From contig CP061211.1 in NCBI GenBank assembly GCA_026016245.1, positions 1 to 32,000 on the forward strand: a stretch of 32,000 nt of DNA, read 5' to 3'. This document shows, one piece after another, positions 25,456 through 32,000 of this stretch. The stretch is from Candidatus Pacearchaeota archaeon (lineage in GTDB: Archaea; Nanobdellota; Nanobdellia; Pacearchaeales; UBA284). The translations under genes were made by a program, and so were the position numbers. Under the pieces are notes generated by a model. It made no database searches and had not been told where the DNA came from. It was given only the letters and a program-made list of their open reading frames with translations. Positions within the stretch are counted from its first letter, which is position 1. Each line of letters starts with the position of its first letter.

Positions 25456-25733
25456 ATTTATTCATGATTTTAGCAATAATCGTCGCATTATTAGGTTATC
25501 CTCTTGGCCTCATTCTTGCAAAAATAACAAAAGAAGAATTAAAAACAGGAAAAAAATGGTTTAGGTTGATTATTGCTGTTTGTGTAATAGCAATAGTAGT
25601 TTCAGTCATATTTACAGGAGGAAAAACTTTCTTGTTTCTTATTTTAAGTTTTGTTTTTATTATTCTAGTCACTTTGCCATCATTGATTAAGAAAGAAAAA
25701 CAAAAGAAGAAAAAGAAGAAAAAGAAAAAATAA
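25449..25733 (+). CDS. Small membrane protein with lysine-rich C-terminus (94 aa)
   Basis: Three hydrophobic helices and a KKEKQKKKKKKKKK tail; overlaps the tatD 3' end by 7 nt. Confidence 0.6.
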   Translation: MVDLFMILAIIVALLGYPLGLILAKITKEELKTGKKWFRLIIAVCVIAIVVSVIFTGGKTFLFLILSFVFIILVTLPSLIKKEKQKKKKKKKKK

Positions 25734-25734
25734 A

Positions 25735-26445
25735 ATGCTCTATTTGATTGGTTTGGGTTTAGAAAAGAAAGATATTAATATTAAAGCCCTAGAAATAATA
25801 AAGAAATGCAAAAAAATCTATCTTGAAATTTATACAACAAAACTGCCTTATAAAAAAATAGATCTTGAAAAAGTAATTAAGAAAAAAGTAATTGATGCAA
25901 AAAGAGATTTAGTTGAGTCTGATTTTTTAATTAAAGAAGCTAAGAAACAAAATATTGCCTTATTAATTTATGGTGATCCTCTTTCTGCAACTACTCATGT
26001 ATCTTTGATGAATGAGGCAAAGAAAGCTAAAGTTAAAATACAAATTATGCATAATACATCAATTTTCAATGCGATTAGTGAAACAGGCCTTCACTTATAT
26101 AAATTTGGTAAAACAGTCAGCATACCAAAATGGAAAGAACATTATGAGCCCATGAGTTTTTATCAAACTATAAAGGAAAATTTGAATATAGAAGCACATA
26201 CTTTATTGTTAGTAGATATTGATTTGAGTTTAAAAGAAGCATTAAGAGAGCTGGCTGAAGCGTCAAATAAGGAATTAGATAATAAAACAATAATTATATG
26301 CTCACAATTAGGAACAAAAAATCAGAAAATTGTGAATGGAAAGTTTAAAGAATTAGTAAAAAAAATTCCAAGAGTTAAGGAACCTTTTTGCATTATAATT
26401 CCTGCTTCATTACATTTCACAGAAGCAGAATTCCTTAAAATTTAG
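25735..26445 (+). CDS. dph5: Diphthine synthase (diphthamide biosynthesis, SAM-dependent methyltransferase)
   Basis: MLYLIGLGLEKKDI, LLIYGDPLSATTHVSL, IMHNTSIFNAISETGLHLYKFGKTVSIP, FYQTIKENL. Confidence 0.93.
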   Translation: MLYLIGLGLEKKDINIKALEIIKKCKKIYLEIYTTKLPYKKIDLEKVIKKKVIDAKRDLVESDFLIKEAKKQNIALLIYGDPLSATTHVSLMNEAKKAKVKIQIMHNTSIFNAISETGLHLYKFGKTVSIPKWKEHYEPMSFYQTIKENLNIEAHTLLLVDIDLSLKEALRELAEASNKELDNKTIIICSQLGTKNQKIVNGKFKELVKKIPRVKEPFCIIIPASLHFTEAEFLKI

Positions 26446-26487
26446 ATATTCTTGAATATAAACATTTATATACCCTAAGGAACATAT

Positions 26488-27024
26488 ATGTTTACTATGA
26501 AACAAAAATGTAGCCTTTGGCGGGTTTTTGATGTATTTGTTGAAAAACCCTTAAAGATTTATTATATCAAAGAAATAGCTAGAAAAATAAATCTTGCTCC
26601 AACATCTGTTAAAAAGCATTTGTTATATTTACTCAAACAAAATTTAATACTTAAAAAGAAAGGTGAAAGGTTTTTTGGTTTTGTAGCTAATAGAGATAAT
26701 AAAGATTTTTTATTCTACAAGAAGATATTCAATATAATCAGACTTAAAGAATCTGGATTTCTTGATTTTTTAATTGATTCTCTTCATCCACAAGCAATAG
26801 TTCTATATGGTTCATACTTTAGAGGGGAAGATATAGAGACTAGCGATATAGATATGCTAATACTCTCAAAAATTAAAAAAAGATTAATATTGGAGAAATT
26901 TGAGAGAATTTTAAAGAAGGGAATTCATCTTATAACTATAGCTAGTCTGAAAAAATTAACACCTGGGTTAAAAATGGAAGTAATTAATGGATTGGTTTTA
27001 CATGGATATTTAAAAAATGATTGA
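26488..27024 (+). CDS. HTH plus minimal nucleotidyltransferase (MNT) fusion protein
   Basis: N-terminal wHTH (YYIKEIARKINLAPTSVKKHLLYLLKQNLI) and MNT signature IVLYGSYFRGEDIETSDIDMLIL. Confidence 0.85.
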   Translation: MFTMKQKCSLWRVFDVFVEKPLKIYYIKEIARKINLAPTSVKKHLLYLLKQNLILKKKGERFFGFVANRDNKDFLFYKKIFNIIRLKESGFLDFLIDSLHPQAIVLYGSYFRGEDIETSDIDMLILSKIKKRLILEKFERILKKGIHLITIASLKKLTPGLKMEVINGLVLHGYLKND

Positions 27025-27421
27025 AGAGATATTTAAAATTTCAAAGAGCATGGGAAGGGCAAAAGCATTAAAAGAAATGGCGCAAGAAAGATTTAGTGAT
27101 GTTGAAAAAGAGAAGAAAACCTACAAAATTATAGAGCAATATTATGAAGTAATAAAAGAACTTATAACTGCATTAATGTATCTAGATGGATTCAAAACAT
27201 TGAGCCATAAGGCCCTTCTTTTTTATTTAGAAAAAAATTATAATAGATTCTTCAGTAAAGATGAGTTTATTTTAATAGATGAAACAAGAAGATTAAGAAA
27301 TGATATCTTATATTATGGAAAAAAAATTGATTTAACTTTCTTGACAAATAATGAAGAAAGAATAAAAAAGATAACAAATAAACTTATTAGGATAGTTAAT
27401 AAAAAACTTCCCAACATTTAA
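27017..27421 (+). CDS. HEPN-like protein paired with the MNT protein
   Basis: All-helical sequence of 134 aa with 8-nt overlap with the MNT gene. The HEPN-like region DETRRLRNDILYYGKKI has R-N-D but Tyr where the RX4H His is expected. Confidence 0.65.
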   Translation: MIEEIFKISKSMGRAKALKEMAQERFSDVEKEKKTYKIIEQYYEVIKELITALMYLDGFKTLSHKALLFYLEKNYNRFFSKDEFILIDETRRLRNDILYYGKKIDLTFLTNNEERIKKITNKLIRIVNKKLPNI

Positions 27422-27457
27422 AGCAAATTTTAAAAACCTGAAAATCCTTAAAACAAC

Positions 27458-30400
27458 ATGGAAAAAAAGGTGAAGAAATTATTATTAGTGAGCATTTTTC
27501 TTGTTATGATTTTCTTGGTTTTGATGGTTAATGTTAGTGCTGCTGTTAGTTTATGTCGCAGCTCTGAGCTTGTTAAAGTATTTTGTAAGGGTATGGGTTG
27601 CCATCCTCTTTGGGAGTCTGTTGAATCTGAAACAGCATGTCAATATGAAATGTGGGGCGGCCCACCATATGCTAATTACTGTTATGATAATGGTTTTTAT
27701 CCAATAGCAACAACCACACATAAAGGTTCGTCAAAAGCGTGTAGATTTGCAAAAACGATTACTGGTTGTGGCCTGTTGTATCGAAATCGTAAATGTTGGG
27801 GTATTTGTTCAAAAGGTGAAGAATATGCATATAGAACAACAAAATATAATCATATGTTTATAAAAACTAAAATAAATGATACAGACATGATTCCAGATGC
27901 TCAGACTTGTTATAATTCTATTCTGTGCGATTCTGGTTGGACTGAATATATTAAGTGGCATGATCATGTAAAAATAAGTCCAGGCGGAGATAGGTATCAT
28001 TGTGTAAGAGTATGTGTTAAATGTGAGGATGGATATGTTAATGTTGATAATAACTGGGATAATGGTTGTGAACCTGCTACTGGTTGTGATGCTGTTTGTT
28101 ATGCTGCATGCCGTCAAAGACCATATCTACCTACAGGGTGTCATACACCAATGATGGGTTGGCCACATCCTTTTTGTGAAAGCAGTTGCAAATGTCACTG
28201 TAGACATACCCCAGAAGATGGATGTATTCTGAATTATGCTGAAGACTGTGCTGCTCAAGGAGGAATTTGTCGTGAGATTGGTAATGGAGCAGAATGTCAG
28301 ACTTTTGGTATAGAACATTGTAGTGGTTCTTGTCAGGTTTGTCAGAATGTGCTTGATGATATGCCTGATAATCATATTTTAATGATTGATTCTGATATTT
28401 CTGCTCCATTTGGCGGCTATGGAAAATACTGTTTAAGTTTTGGAGGAACAAATAAAACAATTGATTGTGGAGATAATTGGATTACTGGAGGAGAAGGCCG
28501 TGTCACAGGAATTTTTGTTTTAGGCACTGGCCATACAATTCAAAACTGTAAAATAAAATCCTTTTACGGAGAAAGTGATGGCATTTGGCGAGGTGGGAGA
28601 GGAATACAGACTGTTTATGGTGTTAATATTAATATAAAAAATATAGAAATAACTGATATAAAAGGTAAATCTAAATACATTCCTCCGGAAGAACCGCCAA
28701 TACAATATTCAAGTAACAATAATTTTTATCCAGAGCTAGAATTCCAAGGAGGAGGTTCTTGGGAACACTATCCAGGTGCGGGAATTGAAATATTAGCTAA
28801 TACTGGACCTACTTTTATTGGAGCATATCTTTCTGATGTAAATATACATAATAATGAATGGTATGGTTTATATTTAAGACAAGGTGAGGTTAGTGTAACA
28901 AATTCAAGATTTTGTTTTAACAGTCAATTTGACATTAAAAAAGATGCTGGAAGTGTTAAATATCACTCTGGCCTTACTTGTGATCAAAATAAAGTTCCTG
29001 CTGGAGTGACTTGTGAAGAACCTTGCGGACTTCCAGGAGAATGTGTTGTAAATTCAATAAGTGTCACACCAGATTGTGAAGGTGGTTCAAGTCCTGCCTG
29101 TGAGCTAGGTGAAGAGATAATGATAAGTATAAGTTATTCTGGAACTGAGTGTCCTACTCCTTCTTATATTCAGGTCGATGCTAACTCTACTGGAGATCCT
29201 CTTGGTGAAAAATGTACTATTGCATGGAAATCTCCTCCAGCATCAATCAAAGGAATGGAAACAACATGCACAAGCTCACCTTGCACAGAAAATTGGGTAA
29301 TTAATATACCTTCAATTCCTTCTGAATGTTTAGGAAAAACAGTTTATGCTTGGGCAGTTGGCTTGTATGATGATCCTAGCTACACCCCAGGACATCATGT
29401 AACAGGCAACACAACTACAATTCCTTATCCAAGTTATGGTCATTTCACTTTTGCTGAAGAAGAAATACCACCAACAGAATGTAAAATTATAGATGCAGAT
29501 GTTAAGACATATTGTGGAACTGAAGGATGTGATAATGGAGACAAAGTTGAATTGAATATAACAGTAGAAGATATGAGTAAGTGTGAGGCATTAAATGTCA
29601 ATAAAATGCAAATAGATGCTTTTTCAGATGCGCAATCACAACCAACAGGCATGGTTATTGGTGGAGGAGCTTTATGTAATGTTTATATGGTTAATTCAAG
29701 TGTAATAAAACAAGGTGATACTTATTTAGGAAATTGGACTGTTATAGTTCCTCAAGGCTGTCAAGGAGAAACTGTAGATGCGAATATAGCAAAAGTTTTC
29801 AATAATACTGGACAAATAGCACAAAAATTTGGAAATTTCGGATCTTTTGATTTTGTTGATGAACCTACAAACTGGTATGTACTTGAAGATATTAGTGTTT
29901 CACCTTCAGTTTTTGTTTTGAATATTACTGACACACAACAACTTGAAGTTATTGCATTAATGAAATGGGTAAAAAACAATAGCTTCTTTACTTTGGATGT
30001 AACCCAACAAGCAGATTATATTTCAAATGATACTAGCGTTGCTTCTGTTTCAGCACTCGGCTTAGTTACTGGAATTGGAGATGGGACAGGAAAAATAACT
30101 GCAGAATACACACATTCTGAGGTCACAAAAGAAGACTCTAGTATTGTTAATGTCAGATATTTTGAAGATGATTATATTAGATATATTAATCTGGCTTTAA
30201 ATAAATATGAAATTGAAATAAATGAAGAAACAAGTTATGAAGTTAAGGCTTATTGGTCTAATGGTCTGACAACTGATATAACTTCTGAATCAGATGTTCA
30301 GAGTTTAAATCCAAATGTTGCTTCTGTAAATCAAAATACTCATAGAGTTAAGGGAGAGGATGAAGGAATAGCCATCATAAATGCTAGCTATATTCATAAT

Positions 30401-31681
30401 AATCTTCCTTATGGAGATGAAAAATTTATAATTGTTACTGGAGAAGCAGTTGGAGAATATAATCTTTCAGTTGACACATGTGGAGATACATCTATTCCAC
30501 CAGATGGAGATTGTGAAGATTTTATTAATGTGAAAGGTGAAATAACTGTTAATCAAGAATCTTGGGGCATTGCACCACAAGAAAGATTCCCACTTCCTTC
30601 AGATAATTATAGAGTTTCTTTTGGTCCTCTTCAGGATTGGTATGAACCTGGGGAGATGTCAGTATTTTTGCCTCCAAATGTTTCTTTGATGGGTATTTAT
30701 ACTAAAGAGCCTGTGGAGTATGCTCTAATAATTGTCCAAGCTAAAGATGAACAGACAGGACAATTTATCAATGCTTTAATTAACTTATATCTTGAAGATG
30801 ATCTTGTTAATTCTACTATAAATGATGTGAGATATAATTATTCAGAGACATATCCTATTGAATTCACAGCTGAATTTGAAGACCAAAGTGGTTACATTAC
30901 ACCATCTAATTTAACAATAACAATTTATGGAAATGGAATTTATTTCTTTACAGTTTATTATGAAAAAGAAGCAGTTGGAGAATGTTTCTGTGAACCAAAG
31001 CATGTTCCTTGTGGTTTTTGTTATGATTTTTATTCTGAATGTGATGGCCCTCCACAAGGACCTGGACAAATAATTCCTTGTTCACCTGGTTGGATATGTA
31101 ATTATGTGACAGGAAAATGTCAACCAACTTCAACCCAAGATGAGTGTCATGATAATGCTACTACTTGTAATATTATCACTGGTTGTTATTGGGATTATCC
31201 AGACATCCCTCCTCCTTATTGTAAACATTGCCAAACAGAAGGTCCTGAAACATGTTCAGGTTATGATAATCAGGGAACTTGTAATTTAGATCCTTGTGTT
31301 GTCAAGAATGTTGGTTGTCCTTCTGGTGCTAGTGACTGTAGATGTGAATGGGAAACTGATGAATGTATTCTTAAATATCAACAACAAACAAATGGAGATT
31401 TTTGTGAGATAACTTTAAGACAGGGGACTTGTGAAGAAGGTTGCCAAGGAAAAATAAATTATAGATGGCAAAATTATACTTGTGATCCTGGTTCATGTTC
31501 AGAACAAGCTTGCGTGGATTTAACCTATCCTCCCCCAGATTATACAAAATCAGAATGTGTGATTTGTCCGACACCTTTTAGAGAGCTTCCATTTTTTTCA
31601 TGGTGGAATATTTTAGCTGTTGTGTCTGTATTGATAGTGTTTTATATATTCATGCTTAGAAAAAAGAGAATTAATTATTAA
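27458..31681 (+). CDS. Large cysteine-rich surface protein: signal peptide, Cys-rich N-terminus, parallel beta-helix, Big-type Ig domain(s), Cys-rich juxtamembrane region, C-terminal TM (1407 aa)
   Basis: LLLVSIFLVMIFLVLMVNVSAAV signal; CDAVCYAACRQ...CESSCKCHCRHTPEDGC; CLSFGGTNKTIDCGDNWITGG beta-helix; VSPSVFVLNITDTQQLEVIAL...NDTSVASVSALGLVTGIGDGTGKITAEY; FFSWWNILAVVSVLIVFYIFMLRKKR. Confidence 0.88.
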   Translation: MEKKVKKLLLVSIFLVMIFLVLMVNVSAAVSLCRSSELVKVFCKGMGCHPLWESVESETACQYEMWGGPPYANYCYDNGFYPIATTTHKGSSKACRFAKTITGCGLLYRNRKCWGICSKGEEYAYRTTKYNHMFIKTKINDTDMIPDAQTCYNSILCDSGWTEYIKWHDHVKISPGGDRYHCVRVCVKCEDGYVNVDNNWDNGCEPATGCDAVCYAACRQRPYLPTGCHTPMMGWPHPFCESSCKCHCRHTPEDGCILNYAEDCAAQGGICREIGNGAECQTFGIEHCSGSCQVCQNVLDDMPDNHILMIDSDISAPFGGYGKYCLSFGGTNKTIDCGDNWITGGEGRVTGIFVLGTGHTIQNCKIKSFYGESDGIWRGGRGIQTVYGVNINIKNIEITDIKGKSKYIPPEEPPIQYSSNNNFYPELEFQGGGSWEHYPGAGIEILANTGPTFIGAYLSDVNIHNNEWYGLYLRQGEVSVTNSRFCFNSQFDIKKDAGSVKYHSGLTCDQNKVPAGVTCEEPCGLPGECVVNSISVTPDCEGGSSPACELGEEIMISISYSGTECPTPSYIQVDANSTGDPLGEKCTIAWKSPPASIKGMETTCTSSPCTENWVINIPSIPSECLGKTVYAWAVGLYDDPSYTPGHHVTGNTTTIPYPSYGHFTFAEEEIPPTECKIIDADVKTYCGTEGCDNGDKVELNITVEDMSKCEALNVNKMQIDAFSDAQSQPTGMVIGGGALCNVYMVNSSVIKQGDTYLGNWTVIVPQGCQGETVDANIAKVFNNTGQIAQKFGNFGSFDFVDEPTNWYVLEDISVSPSVFVLNITDTQQLEVIALMKWVKNNSFFTLDVTQQADYISNDTSVASVSALGLVTGIGDGTGKITAEYTHSEVTKEDSSIVNVRYFEDDYIRYINLALNKYEIEINEETSYEVKAYWSNGLTTDITSESDVQSLNPNVASVNQNTHRVKGEDEGIAIINASYIHNNLPYGDEKFIIVTGEAVGEYNLSVDTCGDTSIPPDGDCEDFINVKGEITVNQESWGIAPQERFPLPSDNYRVSFGPLQDWYEPGEMSVFLPPNVSLMGIYTKEPVEYALIIVQAKDEQTGQFINALINLYLEDDLVNSTINDVRYNYSETYPIEFTAEFEDQSGYITPSNLTITIYGNGIYFFTVYYEKEAVGECFCEPKHVPCGFCYDFYSECDGPPQGPGQIIPCSPGWICNYVTGKCQPTSTQDECHDNATTCNIITGCYWDYPDIPPPYCKHCQTEGPETCSGYDNQGTCNLDPCVVKNVGCPSGASDCRCEWETDECILKYQQQTNGDFCEITLRQGTCEEGCQGKINYRWQNYTCDPGSCSEQACVDLTYPPPDYTKSECVICPTPFRELPFFSWWNILAVVSVLIVFYIFMLRKKRINY

Positions 31682-31711
31682 ATTATTTTTTCCTGGTAAA
31701 AAAGAGGTGAA

Positions 31712-32000
31712 ATGATAAAAAAAGAAGGAGTGATTTTAGTATTAGTATTTTTTATTTTATGTTGTTCTTTTAGTTCTGCTTCTGTTATTCCTGGAAATCC
31801 TTTTTTTAATTTAAGTCAAGGAAGTTTTGGTCCAGGCCAAGTTCTTGAGGGTTATTTTAACTTTTCTTTGGAAAATGAACCTGGTAATATTATGGTTAGC
31901 GGGCAAGTTGCTGCTGAGATGAAAGAGATGAATCTTCTTGATTTTTTACAAGAAGGAGAAGTAGATTTTAATTGTGATCCTAGTGATTGTGATGTTACTT
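31712..32000 (+). CDS. Partial secreted protein, runs off the window end (>=96 aa)
   Basis: GAGGTGA ribosome binding site then ATG 31712. Translates MIKKEGVILVLVFFILCCSFSSASVIPGNPFFNLSQGSFGPGQVLEGYFNFSLENEPGNIMVSGQVAAEMKEMNLLDFLQEG, with no stop to 32000. Missing from the supplied ORF track. Confidence 0.75.
   Translation, partial: MIKKEGVILVLVFFILCCSFSSASVIPGNPFFNLSQGSFGPGQVLEGYFNFSLENEPGNIMVSGQVAAEMKEMNLLDFLQEGEVDFNCDPSDCDVT

Noticed and set aside
25690-25733. Poly-purine AAGAAG tract as an RNA element
   Set aside because: It encodes the lysine-rich tail of a small membrane protein; similar basic tails occur on other membrane proteins in this window.
27809-28460. Antisense ORFs opposite the 1407-aa surface protein
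   Set aside because: Thr/Ile/His-rich mirror translations of a strong coding region, with no RBS or motif support.

Overview
AT-rich archaeal chromosomal window, probably from a DPANN-type lineage; I infer this from gene content and compact gene spacing, not from a phylogeny. It has four parts. (1) 1-9551: a plus-strand cluster of secreted or membrane-anchored envelope proteins. It starts with a >1900-aa Glu-Pro-repeat / LamG / parallel beta-helix protein that is cut by the window edge. Three of the later proteins seem to share a diverged beta-rich module. (2) 9548-20948: thymidylate kinase, a YjbQ-family protein, a translationally coupled DUF357-DUF429-RNase P p30 set, a truncated Dph2, an HemK/Mtq2-like methyltransferase, and a minus-strand RNA polymerase operon rpoH - rpoB'' - rpoB' - fused rpoA'/A'' - rpl30e - nusA-like. 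(3) 21168-27421: TrmB-like regulator, small membrane proteins, alpha/beta hydrolase, tRNA-Cys(GCA) and an intron-bearing tRNA-Arg(TCT) 2 nt apart, a GGDEF protein with intact active-site and I-site motifs, TatD-like hydrolase, Dph5, and an HTH-nucleotidyltransferase/HEPN-like pair. (4) 27458-32000: a 1407-aa cysteine-rich, beta-helix / Big-type surface protein and a further secreted protein running off the end. The best candidates for follow-up are the fused RpoA with split RpoB, the archaeal GGDEF protein, the truncated Dph2 next to an intact Dph5, the MNT/HEPN-like pair lacking the canonical His, and the modular envelope cluster. No CRISPR array, transposase or rRNA was seen.
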